DNA of 64,000 nucleotides from an uncultured Planctomycetaceae bacterium (lineage in GTDB: Bacteria > Planctomycetota > Planctomycetia > Planctomycetales > Planctomycetaceae), in the NCBI GenBank assembly GCA_963815195.1, contig CAWFGE010000007.1, positions 96,001 to 160,000 of the forward strand, read 5' to 3'. Below are positions 10,015 to 23,900 of the stretch, in pieces (position 1 is the stretch's first letter; each line of letters begins with the position of its first letter). A program made the translations under genes and the position numbers. Below the pieces are notes generated by a model that had not been told where the DNA came from, ran no database searches, and was given only the letters and a program-made list of their open reading frames with translations.

Positions 10015-10060
10015 AAACCGCCGCAAACCCCTTCAAAACTAGGCGTTTGCGGCGGTTTTT
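10015..10060 (+). terminator. Hairpin/terminator downstream of the tRNA 3' end
   Basis: 14-bp perfect inverted repeat AAACCGCCGCAAAC...GTTTGCGGCGGTTT followed by Ts. Confidence 0.75.
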
Positions 10061-10619
10061 GCTTTCCGCTTCCCAGGCATCGGAATCGTCGGGCGTGCCT
10101 TCCGCCGCAAACTTCGTCAAGGCGTCGGCGAGGGTCGTCTGCGGGGTCGCTGAACATCCACCGGGCTCTTCCGCGCTCGGGGGATTGGCGGGGAGTTGCG
10201 TGGTCGTCATCGTGGGGATTGCTCGACAGAGAAAACCCCGCCCCGGTGGGGGGGTGGGCGTCGGTCGGTGGGCTACTTCAGGAGGTCCTCGACCGTTTCC
10301 CGAAGGCGGATCCTCAGGGATTCAGCCTTTTCGGCCCAGGCCACGATTTGCAGGAATTCTCGTTTCTCGGCTCCGGGGAGTTTGGCGACGGCAACACGAG
10401 GGCGGTTGTCTCTTCGCTTTGAGGCTTGGCTGTCGGAATCGCGGATGCTTTTGGGATACGGAGGCCTATGGCGGATCCGGTTTCTTATGGGCCGGTTTGC
10501 GGGTATCTTGACGGATCGTTGTTTCACGCCGAGTCGTCAGCGCGTGATCGCAAACCGGATTCCAAGCCGTTTTCGTCGGCAATGGAGTCGTCCTTATCGA
10601 TTGAACAAGGATCAACAGC

Positions 10620-11870
10620 ATGCCCCGCATCCAAGACATCGAACGCATCTGGATCGATTTGCCGATGAAGGAAGTTCCGTGGCGGAACATGGTGCGGGAG
10701 AATCCGCATTGGTCGCTGTTCGAGATCTGCAAGGTGACCCTCGACAACGGCGTCGTCGGCGTGGGCGAGACGATGCCTTATTACACCTGGGGCGCGGTGA
10801 CCGATGAAGCTGTCGATCGCACCATCGGCAAAAACCCCGCGGAGGCGATGTGGGACGACTCGCTCGGCGCGGGCCTGCAGATGGCTTTATTTGATGTCGC
10901 CGGACAATTGTTGGAGGCCCCGGTGTGGTCGCTGTTTGGTTCCAAAGTCCGCCGGTTGACGCGCCAAGGCTGGTGGGCGATCGACATGCCCGCCGAGGAT
11001 TGGATCAGCGAATGCGCGGAAGCCGTGGAGAACGGCTACACCACGTTCAAGACCAAGGCCCGGCCGTGGTACGATCTGGAATCGCAAATGGAGCAGCTGA
11101 TGGCGGCCCTTCCGGATTACTTCCGCGTCGATATGGACTTTAACGATTTCGGGCTCGACCCGGCCACGGCCCAACCGCTGTGCAAATCGCTCGAGCGGTA
11201 TCCGGGCATCGCGATTTGGGAAAGCCCGATCCAGCAGGAGGACGTGGAAGGCAACCGCCAACTCCGCCGGCATTTGAACGTGCCCATCGCCCATCACATT
11301 GACCGTCCCGCGTTTCGCACGCAGATCATGGAGGACATCTGCGATGGGTTCGTGCTCGACGGCGGCACGGCCCGCGCGATGCGGAACGGGCGGATCTGTG
11401 CGGAGTTCAACAAACCCTTCTGGCTGCAATGGGTCGGCACAAACCTCGCGGCGACGTATGGCCTGCATGTCCAGGGCGTGCTCAGCCACGCCCGCTGGCC
11501 CGCCATTCATTGCAACCACATGTACGCCGAGCAATTCGTCAAGGAGCCTTGGATCGTGCAAAACGGCATGGCGGAAGTGCCCGACCGCCCAGGCATCGGC
11601 GTGACGATCGATTGGGACATCGTCGAAAAATACCGCATCCCACCGAAGGAAAAGCCTTACCCCTTTCCCGGCCTGTTGCTCCGCATCGATTGGCCCACGG
11701 GAGCGAAATCCTATTTCAGCCACGCCCGGCAAATGTGGGACGCCTTCGGCCAAGGGGAATTGCCCGCGTTCGTTCGCGGCGTGAACCTGGTTCGCGTCTT
11801 GGACGACGGCAGCGCCCTTTGGAAGGACCTTTATGAAAAAGCCCAAACCGCACCGGTCCACGTGGCGTGA
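10620..11870 (+). CDS. Mandelate racemase/muconate lactonizing enzyme family (enolase superfamily)
   Basis: GVGET in the capping domain, KxK (FKTKARP), metal ligands in VDMDFN and WESP, and C-terminal PDRPGIGV. Confidence 0.88.
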   Translation: MPRIQDIERIWIDLPMKEVPWRNMVRENPHWSLFEICKVTLDNGVVGVGETMPYYTWGAVTDEAVDRTIGKNPAEAMWDDSLGAGLQMALFDVAGQLLEAPVWSLFGSKVRRLTRQGWWAIDMPAEDWISECAEAVENGYTTFKTKARPWYDLESQMEQLMAALPDYFRVDMDFNDFGLDPATAQPLCKSLERYPGIAIWESPIQQEDVEGNRQLRRHLNVPIAHHIDRPAFRTQIMEDICDGFVLDGGTARAMRNGRICAEFNKPFWLQWVGTNLAATYGLHVQGVLSHARWPAIHCNHMYAEQFVKEPWIVQNGMAEVPDRPGIGVTIDWDIVEKYRIPPKEKPYPFPGLLLRIDWPTGAKSYFSHARQMWDAFGQGELPAFVRGVNLVRVLDDGSALWKDLYEKAQTAPVHVA

Positions 11871-11910
11871 ATTGCCGGCGCGCCGGTCGGAACGACGCCC
11901 CCGGAATAAC

Positions 11911-11938
11911 AAAACCCCGCTTGGAGGAGCGGGGTTTT
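11911..11938. terminator. Bidirectional intrinsic terminator between convergent genes
   Basis: AAAACCCCGCT-TGGAGG-AGCGGGGTTTT. Confidence 0.8.
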
Positions 11939-11963
11939 GCGGGAACCGAGGATTACGGGTGCG

Positions 11964-14900
11964 TCAATCCAACAGCAGCGAGTCGAACAGGCTGTCGTCG
12001 GCGAAGGCTTCGTCCAGTTCTTTCGAAGTCGGCAAACGCCGGGTCCCGGTGGACAACGTGTCGTTCATCAACGCATCCGGATGCAGCTGGGAATGGATGT
12101 CGTCCAGCCCGAGTTTGTGGCCCAGTTCGTGCATGACGACGGTCAGCAGGTCCATCCGGTTCATGGCGGCGGGATTGACGGCGGTGAGCAAGCCGGCTCC
12201 GCTTGGGGCGAATTCTTCATCCTGACCGAGCGTGGGATCGATGAACCAGCCGTTGCCGGCGGCGTTCACATCCAGCACGATCCCGCGTGTGGTGGAATAT
12301 CCCACCAGGTCGCCGCTGAGATCGCCCACCGAAATGTGGACCGTGCGGAGGTAGTCGATGTCGGCTTCCGGCACGCCCGCCGCTTGGAATCGGTTGAGGG
12401 CCTCGTCCACGGCGGCATCGACTTCGTCTTGAGTGAGGTCCGGGGTCTGGCTGCCGGCGGTGCCAACCGTGGCCGCTCGCTGGGTCTGTGTCAGTTCGCC
12501 CCGGACGCCCGCAACGAACACGCCGCCGAAGAAGTTCGGCTCGTAGGGATAAAGGTCCTTGAGGACGAAGCTGGGACTGGCGAAGTTGTTGGCCGCGACC
12601 ACGGGGCCGTTGAAGACCCGCACACGGGGACCGCCGGATTGTCCGGGGCCGGTGATGATGTCGGGGAACGTGTCGCCGTTCACGTCGCCGGTCGCGACGC
12701 GGACGCCGCCGGTGAAGCCGGGATCGTAGGCGAAGAACTGGGAGATCGTCACCACGTTCGACTGGACGTTAAAGACTTTGACGTGAGGCCCGCCGCCGGC
12801 ACCCGCCCCCGTGATGATCTCGGCGGCTCCGGTGCTGTTGTCGATGTTGCCCACCGCGACATAAACGCCGCCGGTGAAGCGGGAGTCGTAGGCGAAGAAG
12901 CTGCGCACCGCCGTGGTGCTTCGGGTCCGCCCGTTGAAGACTTGGACGTGCGGTCCCCCGCCCGCCCCGGCGGCGGTCACGAGGTCGTCGGTTCCGTCGC
13001 CCGTCACGTCGCCGGCCGCCACGCGAACCCCGCCGAAGAAGCCGGGATATGCGAAGAAGCTGAACAGCAGCCGGCTCTCGATGCCGACGGGATTGAACAC
13101 GCGGTTGTTGATCGCTCCGGTGGCGGAGCTGAAGGCTTTGACCCACGAAGAGCCGCCGGCATCGGGCGCGACGATGATGTCGTCAAACGAGTCGCCCTGC
13201 GGCGCGCCCACTTCCGCAAAGTCGCCGGAGGCCACGTAGAGCCCGCCGTAGAAATTCGGATCGTAGGCAAAGAACTGCGTGAGCAGGGCTCCGTTCCGGC
13301 CGCTGAAGACTTTGACGAGCGGTCCGCCGCCCGGACCGGGGACGGTGATGATGTCGGGCGTGCCGTCGTTGTTCACGTCGCCGGTTGCCACGCGGACGCC
13401 GCCTTGGAAGCCGGGATAAGGAACGACGGAGAACCGGACGTGCCCGTCGGCGGAATCCAAAACTTTGACTTCGCCTTCCCGGTCGGGACCGGGGGCCACG
13501 ACGGTGAGGACGCGTTCGACGAATCCGGTGCTGTCCACGATCGTGCCGGTGCCCTGGGTGTCCGGGTTCAAGGGGTCGAACTCGGCCCCCACGGGATTCG
13601 ACAGGTTGACGAAGAAGTTCTCCTCGGGTTCGCCCAGGATCCCGTTCTTTGATCAACGTGATCGTGATGGTCTTCGTCCGTTCGCCGATTTGGAACGTCA
13701 ATTGGCCGCTGCGTGCGACGTAGTCCTGGCCGGCGATCGCGGTGCCGTTCGCGGTGGCGTAATCGATCGTGGTGACCACATCCGCCGGCCGCGAGAGCGA
13801 CACGGTGAAGGTGATCGTATTGGGAGCGCCCAGGCTGGTCGTTTCCGGCGCTTTCTCCGGATCGTTGATGGTGATGGTGGGAGCATCGTCGTTGACGATC
13901 ACGGCTTCTCCAGCACCGTCTTCGATGCTCGACAGCCCCAAGACGTTCGACGTGTCGGCGGGATCGACCACGCGGCCGTTCGACAGCCGCACGAAGAAGT
14001 TTTCGGTCGGCTCGTTCGTCAAGTCGCCCAGAACATCCACCGTAATGTCCTTGCTCGATTCGCCGGGGGCGAACGTCAACGTGCCGGACAGCGCGGTAAA
14101 GTCCACATCGGGAGTCGCGGTTCCATCCGGGACGAACGGTCCGCCCACCGGCGGCGGCGGGGTGACCGCGTGGCCTTGGATGGCGATGTTCAAGGTGTAG
14201 GTGGCCCCCGCCGGAACCGTCGCTCCGGTGATCCCGCCCGGATCCCCGTTGGAGTCAAACGCCCCGACGCCGAGAATATAGGTTCCCGCGGCGAATGTGC
14301 GTTGAATGAAGGAATCCAAGGTGCTCGTGCTGCCGTCGTCGAGGAAGTTGCCGTCGTCATTGCTGGCAACCAGATTCCCCGCCGTGTCGTACACGAACAG
14401 TTCGGTGTCGAAGGAGGCCCCGTCGATATCGAAGATGCCGAGTTGCCCCGTGCTTACGGTGAATTTGTAGTAATCGAACGTTCCGTCCCCGGTGCCGGAG
14501 ATGGTGATATGCGGAAACGCCGTCGAAACATCGTTGCCGAGGCTGTCGTCGATATTGTCGTTCTGCGTGAGCGTGAACCCGGCATTATCGACGAACTGGG
14601 CCGTGGCCAGCGTGTTGTTCGGTTCCACTTCGTTTACGGAGCCGGGCGTCGGCGGGAAATAGTTGTCTATGGAAATGTGCAGACGGTATTGGTCGCCGTT
14701 GTTTAAGGGCGTGCCGGTCAACCCGTCTCCGAGGTTGGGTCCCACTGCGGAAGTGGAACGCCCCACGGCGAGGATGTAGGTGCCGTCGGCGGAGAGGACC
14801 TGTTCCAGGAAGGCGTCCTCTGTGCTTTCGCTCGGCCGGCTCACGTCGGTGGGCGTGGCGGGATCGGGATCCAAGGCGTCGCCGTTGGGACCGCCGTTCT

Positions 14901-17900
14901 CGAAGCCATCGTCGTTGGACGCGACGAGGTTGCCCGCCGCATCGAACAGGAACAGCTTGGAATCGAACGAGGCCCCGTCGATGTCGAAGATCGCCCGATC
15001 CCCGGCCGACGCCGCGAACGAGAAGTAATCGAATGAACCGTCGCCCCGCCCCGCGTAAGTCACGTGGGGAATCGTGGTCGAGGTGTTGACGCCGTTTTGA
15101 TCCGTGATGTTCGGATTCATGCTCGTGGAAAAGGCCCGGCGATCGAGCATTTCCGGAGTTTGGAGGGAATTGTTCGGCTCGTTCTCGAACACAATGCCGG
15201 TCGGTGCGGCCGCATTCCCCACGCTGGTGTTGTAGTCCACCTGGACGGAATTGGTGCGGTTCGGATCGTCGTTCAAGAGCGTGACGGTGAAGACCGCCGG
15301 CGTGGTTCCCGAGTTGCCTTCGACAATGTTGCCGGCGTCGGAGATCGCAAACCGGGGATCGTCGTCCAGAATCGTGCCCACGCCCGCGTTGAGGGCGTGG
15401 CCTTTGATCGACAGGTTCAGCGTGTAGGCGTCTCCGGCTTCGGGGGCCTGGCCCGCGACGCCGCCCAGCGTGAAGAACGAATCCTTCTTGCCGACGGTGA
15501 CGTAGTACGTCCCCGCGCTCAACGTCGTGCCCAAGTCGAGGAACGATTCGCCGCCGAAGCTGTCTCCCGGATCGGCCGCTGCCTCGTCGTCGTTTTCCGC
15601 AACGAGGTTGCCGTTGATGTCGTACACGAAGAGTTCCGTGTCGAAATTCGCCTGGTCGATGTCGAGAATCACCTGCTGTTTGTCTTTGACGGTGAACGAG
15701 TAGGTGTCGAACGTGCCATCCCCCAGGCCTTTGATGGACAGGTGCGGAATGAGCGTCGCGTTTTGGATGTTGGAGTTGGTTCCCAGGCCGAACGGGGCGG
15801 CATCCACGTTCTGCACGCTGTCGATTTCGTTGATCGTCGAAACGCCCGCGGCGGTCGCGTGGTTTTCGATGGACAGTTGCAGCCGATAGTTGTCCCCCGC
15901 TTCCGGCGCCAGGCCGGTGATCCCGTTCGGGCCGCTGTTGGAATCGAATTTCCCGACGCCGATCACATAAGTTCCGTCCGCGGCGAACGTGTGCTGGAGG
16001 AAGGCGTCATCCTTCGATGCGCTGCCGCTGTCCACGGTCGCGATGTCGTCGTTCGAATCGAGCAGGTTTCCGGAGAGATCGTAGAGGAACAATTCCGAGT
16101 TGAAATTCGCCGCGTCGATGTCGAACGTGGCCAGATCGCCGGCCGCCACCGTGAAGGAGTAATAATCGAAGGACCCGTCGCCGGTTCCGTTGATCGACAA
16201 GTGGGGCACGGTTGTCGAATCGGTGATGTTGGCGTTGTTGCCCAAGCCGAACGGAGCGTTGTCCACGTTTTGAGCCGCGACGATGCTATTGTTGGCCTGG
16301 TTCGGTTCGACCTCGTTGATCGCATTCACCTCGCCTTGCGAGGGGGTGTCCAACACCAGCGCGAACTGCTCGTTGCCTTCGGGAAGATTGTCCGCCTTCA
16401 CCGTGACGGTGACGGTCTTGGACAATGGACCGGGAGCGGTCTCCGTGATCACGTTCGGGCCGGTTCCCAAAGCATGGTCTTCCAGCGAAACTTGCAGGCG
16501 GTAGGTGTCCCCGGTCGTCAACGCCTGTCCGGTGATTCCGTTCGCGCTGCCGGTGGAGTCGAACCGGCCCACGCCGATGACGTAAGTCCCCGCGTTCAAG
16601 AACACGTGGTCGATCAGCGGCTGCGTGGTGGAGGAACCGTCGCCCGTGTTGGGCGGGGAATCGTCATTGGCGTCGATGAGATTCCCATTCAGATCATACA
16701 GGAACAATTCCCCGTTAAAGTTGGCGCGGTCGATGTCGAAGATGCCGCGCGAACCGGCATCCACGGTGAAGGAATAGTAATCGAAGGTTCCATCCCCGGT
16801 GCCGTCGATGGACACGTGCGGAATGGTGGTGGAACTTTGGATCTCGGGATCGGGCAGTTGGGCGAAGCCCGCCTTATCGATGTTTTGATTGGAATCGATG
16901 GGGCGGAAGATCAAGGTGCCCGCCGTGGAAGCGTAGTCGCTGGGGCTCTGAGCCGTCAGATTCTGCGTGTGGTACGGAACCGTGACCGCCGAGGTCAACG
17001 GCAACGGCACGGCCGAGGCCGTCACGGTGAAGGCCACCGTCTTGGTGTTGGGCGTGTCGCTGGGGTCTCCTTCGAGAACAGCCACGTTGCTCACGGAGAA
17101 CTTGGGATCGTCATCGACGATCGTTCCGGTCACCTGCAACATGGTCAGGCCCGGCCCCCCGGGATTGCCGGCGTCGACAAAGGCGGCCCCGTTCGCGTTG
17201 AACAGATCCACGAAGAACTGCTCGGTCGGGGATTCCTGCATCAAATCGCCGATGACGGGCACGGAAAACGTTTGGCTCACCGACCCGGCGGGAATCGTCA
17301 CGGAACCGGCCGTTGTCACATAATCCACGTCGGCCGTGGCGGTGTCCTGGGTCGTGCTGTAATCGAAGGTGACATCAAACGCCGGAAGATTCGCCGGATC
17401 GATGGGAGTCCCGTCGGCCCCCCGCAGCGTCGCCGTGAAGATCATGTTCTTCTGGCCGCTGTCGCCTTCGACGATCTGGCCGTTCGTCACGTCGAGTTTC
17501 AGGTCGTCGTCGGTGATCGTTCCCACGCCGAGGTCGTCGCCGATGTTGGCGTTGACCGGGTTGGACAGCCGCACGAAGAACTTTTCGCTGCGTTCGGCCA
17601 CGTCGTCCCCGATGATCGTGATGTTGTCAGGATTGACCGGAATCCGTAGGGTCAACGAGCCGTCCGGATTGGTGATGATCTTGCTGTTCGGGTCCGTCGT
17701 GTCGAACACCAGCGTGCCCGTGGTGACCGTCGTCGAGAAGTCCACGCCCAAAGTGGCGGCGTCGGGGCCGGTGGCCTGTTCCACGGTATAATCCACGGAG
17801 ACCACCTGGCCGACATCCGCCGAGAGCGTGACTTCAAAGTACTGGCTGGCCGCGTCGTTCAGGACGGTGAAGTCGCCGGCGTTCCCTTCCAGGACCGTCA

Positions 17901-20900
17901 CATCGCCAATGGACAATTCCGGCGGCGGATCGAGTGTGATCGAGAACACCGTTGTCCCGTCGCTGCGGTTCGCCAACAGCGCGTTCCCCGCCAGGTCGCG
18001 AATGATCGGATTGGTCGCGGGGAACAACAGCCCGGCGTTGAAGTTTGGATCCGTGTCGTCGGTCGTCAACTGGCCGTTGACCAGCGCGATCGGCTGTCCG
18101 CTGTTCAGCACAACCACGTAATCGCCGATGGGGAAGACCCCGCTCGCGGCGTCGAACGTGAGCTGTTTGGTGTTGGTGTTGTACCGGAGCAGATACTGGT
18201 TCTGGTCCTGCAAGAGTTGGTAGGCGGTTCCGCCGTGCGGCCGGCGGAGCAGAGCCACGTTGCCGAGCTCGTCGATGCCGTTGCCGTCGAGATCCTGGTA
18301 GACGCTCAGGTCTTCGATCCCGATCCCAATATCGTTCAGGCCGATGATGAACTGACGCACGGTCTGGTTGACCAGCCGGACGCTGTCGGCCTGGAAGTCC
18401 AAGTCCCCGTTGGGGTCGACGGTCGGCGGTTTCACCGAGGCGTCCTGCGGCGAAATGATTCCCGAGGTCGGGCCGGCAAAGTCGGCGCGTTCCACGGCCC
18501 CGCGGTCGTAGAAGACCTTGTTGCCCTGTCCGGTGTTTTGGATGCGGGGGTCGTCGATCCGCTGCTGGCCGAACCGGTCCACCTCCGGAGCGATCAGGTT
18601 CGATTGCGGAATGCCGATGGAATTGGCCACCTGCACGATTTCGGGCCGGTCGATGAAGCCGTCGCGGGCGCTGTCGATCGCGCTGGGCACGCCTTGAGGA
18701 ACCGCTGCGAGATAGAAGTTGTTGGTCTTGGGATCGACGAACAGTTTCAGGTTGGGATCGAAGTTGATCGCATTGCTGCCGGGCAGATCGTTGATGCCCG
18801 CGTTCTGGTACAGGCCGTGCGAAACGATGGTGGTCGCCGCGATGGTATCGCCTGCGGGGAGATCGATCGCAAACTGCGTATTGGCGATGATGTTGTTGAT
18901 CAAGGTCGGGCTGGAATTGCTGATGCGAATTCCAGTGCCCGTCGCTTGTTGGGCTCCATAGATCGTGTTGTTGATGATCCGGTGGAACGGGACGGCGGCC
19001 AGAGGCCCGGCCCCGCTGTTGTCGTCGCCTCGGAGTTCGATGCCCGCGTCCGAGAAGCCGGCGATCACGTTGTTGGAGATCTTCACGCCCCGCGTCAGCC
19101 GCTGGTCGTTGGTCGTGGGCAGTGCCCGCGGCGCGCCCGGGACCGGGTTGTCGCCGGATTGCGTTTGAGAGCGGTCGTCGTTGATGAGAATCCCCGTCGT
19201 CAACGAGTTCGTGATCTTGTTCTGCGAGATCTGGACGGACCCTTGCAGCCGCTCCATGTTGCTGTCGCCCACGAACGGGAACTCGCTGAAGCCGTCGTTG
19301 ACTTCGCTCTTCACGAGCAAGCTCACGTTGTCCACCGTGACGTTGAAGTTCGGCGTGGAGTTCTGCATGCTGAACTGCAGCACGAGGGTCTGCCCTTCGC
19401 GGACTTGGAGCAGGCTCGTCAAATCGATGCTGTGGAGATTCGGACCGGGCTGATTTATGGGATCGCCGGGATTGGTCGAATACAGCACGGTGATGACGTT
19501 GCCCAGAACGTCCAGGAGCTCCACGCGGAATTCCTGGTTGGGGTCCATGAAGGCAAACTGGCTGGAGATGCGGTCTTCCCAACTCAATCTCGCCGCGAGC
19601 ACGTTGTCGGGCACGACAAAACTCTGCGACAAGGTCGACAGGCCGGGGGAATCGGTCACGGCGTCGAACAAACCGGAAATCGCCGGGTCCGTACCATCGG
19701 GACCGCGGGGGTTGAACGTTCCGTTGTTGATGGTCCAGTTGGAGAGGTTGCCCGTGCCGAAATCATTCGGCTCGACTTCCGGCACCGGATCGACTCCGCC
19801 GCCGGACACCTTATTGTCAATCGAGATATTCAGCGTGTAGCTGTCGCCCGCATCCGGCGGATTGCCGGTGACATAACCGCCGGCGTCGAACGAATTGAAC
19901 TCGCCCACGACGATGAAGTAGGTCCCGGACAGCGTGAAGCGGAAGTCTTGAATCAAAGCGTCCGAGAATCCCGGATCCGCGGGGAAGCCGGCGCCGAAGT
20001 CGTCATCGTTTGACGTCAGGAGGTTCCCGAAGCTGTCGTAAAGGAACAGTTCCGAGTCAAGCCCGAAACTTTGGTTGTCGATATCGAACGTGGCCCGGTC
20101 GCCGGCATTCACGGTGAACGAATAATAGTCGAAGGTGCCGTTCCCGGTGCCTTGGACGCTGATGTGCGGCCGGGTGTCCGAGTTGTAGATCGTGGGATCG
20201 AGCGTGGTGTTCCAGTTGGCGCCGTCGAGGTTCTGGGCGAAGTTCGCCAGAGGCGGCGGGCTGACGCTCCGCTGCCAGTTGGCGAAGTTGCCCGTCTCGA
20301 AGTCGCCGTTGTCGATCAACTGCGTGTCCTGCCGCGGATCGTTATAGGTGTCGGCGAAGTATTGGAAGTTCAAGTTCCCCAGGATATTGAAGTTGCTGGG
20401 GTTATTGAGCGGACCGCCGCCCGCCGCCGTCGTGTGGTTTTCCAGGGCCACGTGCAGCGTGTAGTAGTCGCCCAAGTCGGGGGCGTTGCCGGTGATGCCG
20501 CCTTGGCTGCCGACGGCTCCGGACTCGCCGACGCCGATGATATAGGTCCCTGCCTTCGTAAACGTGTACTTGATATAGGAATCGAAAGGACTCCGGCTTC
20601 CCGTATCGAACGGGATGGCGGCGACGTCGTTCTCCGCCAAGAGGTTGCCTTCCGAATCGTACAGGAACAGGGCCGGGTTGAACGTGGCGCTCGAGCCGTC
20701 CATGTCGAAGTAGCCAATATCGCCGGCGTGCACGTCGAACTTGAAGTAGTCGAACGCGGCGTCTTCCGTGCCCGTGATGCTCACATGCGGGACGGATTCG
20801 GAGATGTTGGTGTTGACATCGTCATTGATGTTGGGATTGAACGCGAGGGAGAAGTCGACTTTCTCGAGGTCGAGCGCCGTGGCGAGCGTGTTGTTGTCCA

Positions 20901-23900
20901 CGCGGTCCCCGATCTCGCCTCCCAGTCCCAAACCCACCGCCGTATCGCCGCCGACCGTGGCGGTGATCGTCCCGAACAGATTGATTTCGCTCGACATCCC
21001 GCCATTCAAGGAACCCGCGGCCGTGCCGTCGCTCAAGGCGGCGGTCATGTTCAGCCGGTTCAGCACGGCCGTGCTGTTAAACAGATCCCGCAAGTGGGAC
21101 GCGACCACGTGGGCGCTGTCGGTTGCATAGAATCCGATGGCGAAATCGGACGTCGGATCGATGCCGAAGTTCGCATCGCCCACGCGAAGGTCGAGGTTCT
21201 CAAACTCGAACGTGGCCGAATGGACGCCGTCGGAGAGTTGGAACCGCTGCCCGTCGAACAACTGAGAGCCGTCGGGAAGCTGGATGGTCACCGCCTTGGT
21301 CAGCCGGTCGTTGGTATCCAGCACTTGCTTGGGATAGAAGACATTTTGCTCGGACACCGGAACGCTGCCGAGGGTGTGCTCGGTTCCCCGGCGGACTTCC
21401 AGTTGGTAATCCCCGGTTTCAATGTCGAGGGGATTTTGCAGCGTATTCGAGGTGAACAGAGTGTTGTTGGTTCCGTCGGTGGCGATTTCCCCGCGTTCGG
21501 CGAAGCCGATGACGATGTCGTCGATATACACGCCGTCGTGATTGTTGTTCTGTGCGCGGAGGGTGCTGTTATAGGCGCCCAGCACGTCGCCCGGCAGACC
21601 GCCGTCGCTGTTGGCGTAAGGATCGTCGCGCGAAAGGTCTTCGCTGCTGAGGCCCAGCGGACCGGCGTCGATCACGTTGTGCCCGATGATCCGCACGACG
21701 TTGCGGTACGTCTTGATGTTCTCGATCGGCAACTCGATGTTCGCCAGCAAGTGCTGGGCGATGACAATCCGCATCCGGTCGGCGACTTCGCTGGCGGTCA
21801 TCGACGAGTCGATATTCACCGCCCAGTGCAGCGGATTGGAAAGACCCGCCTTTTCGACCGCCAGCCTCAAGGTTTGCCCTTGAATCGAGGGATTGATCTG
21901 GACGTTGTCGCCGTCGTAGATGCTGACGTTGCGGCCGTCCTGGAAGGCGGTGATGTCGCCGTTGGGGAACGCGTCGCGAATGGCTTTGACGAGCCGGGCC
22001 GCGATGACTTCGGACGAGTTGGTCGCCACATAGTCCACGCCAAAATGGCCGGGGGTGATCGCGGGGTTCAGTCCGTTGAGGTCGTTGAACTCGAACACGT
22101 AATCTTGCCCGCCCAGCGTGATCGTGACGGATTCCGCGTCGAAGAGTTGGTTCCCCGAGGGGATGGCCACCACGGATGCATTGCTCAGAATCATGTTGTT
22201 CGTGCCGCCCAACCGGGCGTTGCCTTCGCTGACGCTTTGCGCCCCGGGCAAGTCGGGGTTCGCCCCGTTCAGGTTGACCCGCGCCCCGTTTCGATGCGAG
22301 GTGAGCTGGAGCGTCGCGAAGTTGAGCGCGATCGCCTGGGCGAACTTGTCCGCGAGCGTGTCCGCGGTGTCGGTGCGGAGATAGTTGATGACGTAGTTCC
22401 CCGCGCCGTTTTGGCCCGGCGTCGCCGAGGTCGGATCGTTGAACTCGAACGTCACGGTTCCGAATTGGCTGGTGACGGTGAGGGTGTCGCCATCCACCAG
22501 TTGTGCCCCGGCGGGCAGGATCACGGTGTGATCCAGGTTGAACTCGAAGGTCACATCGCCCAAAGACACCGGCGCCAAATTGCGATTCGAGTTGTCGAAC
22601 GTCTCAATCGTGAAGGTCTGGCCGTCGCGGATGTCCTTGCCGGCGATCGCCCGCAGTTCGTCGCCGGTGGTGTACATGTCGCCGAGGTTCATCGACGCGG
22701 CGTTGCTGAAATCGAACCGCAGACGCAGATTGTCTTTCCCCGCCCAGGCCGCGAGGTCCACGCGGACCTGCCGCCAGCGGGCGTTGTTGGGATTTTGGGG
22801 ACTGTTGACATCAGCGGGCGTGCTGCGGTCGAAGAGTTCCTGCACCTGGAACGGCGAATCGTTCGCCACGTCGGCGGGTTTGTAGGTCTTGTCGCCGAAG
22901 ATATACGAATCGTTCGTCGCGAGCAGGTCCCAGTTGCCGCTGTCGTCGGCGATAAACACCCGCACGGCGTCGCGCATCGGCCCGGTGCCGGGCGTCGAGC
23001 TTTGCTCCTCGGTTTCGGAATAGTAGTTGAAATACAAGACGGGCTGGTCGGCGGCGGCGTATCCGTTGAGGCTGAACGTGTCGGTTTCCACGCTGCCGTG
23101 GGCACCGCCGGTGAAGTTCGCCGTGTTGCCGAAGTGGATACTCTGCCCCCCAGTGCGTCCATTGCGGTCCGCGACGGGGCTGTCCGTGGAAGCGCCCGTC
23201 CCGCCCGCATTGATGCCGTGACCGTCGTCGATCGCCGCCACCCCGCCTCGGGCTCCGGTATCGGCCCAGAGGTTGGAATCCAGGTTGGAGAACGACAACC
23301 CTTCCGCCCCGGCGATGCCGGTTTCCATGGAGATGCGCCCGTCCAAAAAGATGGGCACGAATTCGACGCTCTCGTTCGCATCGCCCGCGTTCACGAGACG
23401 GAAGGCCCACAACGTGCCCGACGAGTCGATGCCCACGAACACATTGCTGTAGATTCCGCCTTCGACGTTCGGCGGCGCGATCGTCAGGCCGGTGAAATCG
23501 ATCGGCTGATCGGTGACCGGATTTTTGATTTGCGCAATGAAGTCGGCCTGGGCCCCCCGGCTGGTCGTGCCGGGATTGGAGTTGGCCCCCCCACCCTGCC
23601 CGACAATGCGGAAGAAGCCGCCGCCGCCGCCGGGACCGGTTGCATTACTGACGGCATAAAGCTCGCCGTTGGCGCCGGGGACGGCATCCATCACGGTCAG
23701 ACCCGTGATGAGACCGCCGGGAGCGGTGCCCGTGATCATAAAGACGTCGTCGGTTCCCGGATCGTTGAACACGGCGGTGCCGTTGTTCGAAAGCCGAACC
23801 GTGTCATTGAACTGCGTCGCGGTGATGCCGGCCTGGGCGTTGATGATGGTGGCGATCCGCTGCGCCAATTCCTGGGCCGTGTCGTCCGCCCAGAATTCGA

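Noticed and set aside
10013..10527. Two small minus-strand ORFs right of the att site
   Set aside because: No recognisable motifs and one runs into the terminator hairpin; they may be remnants but cannot be supported.
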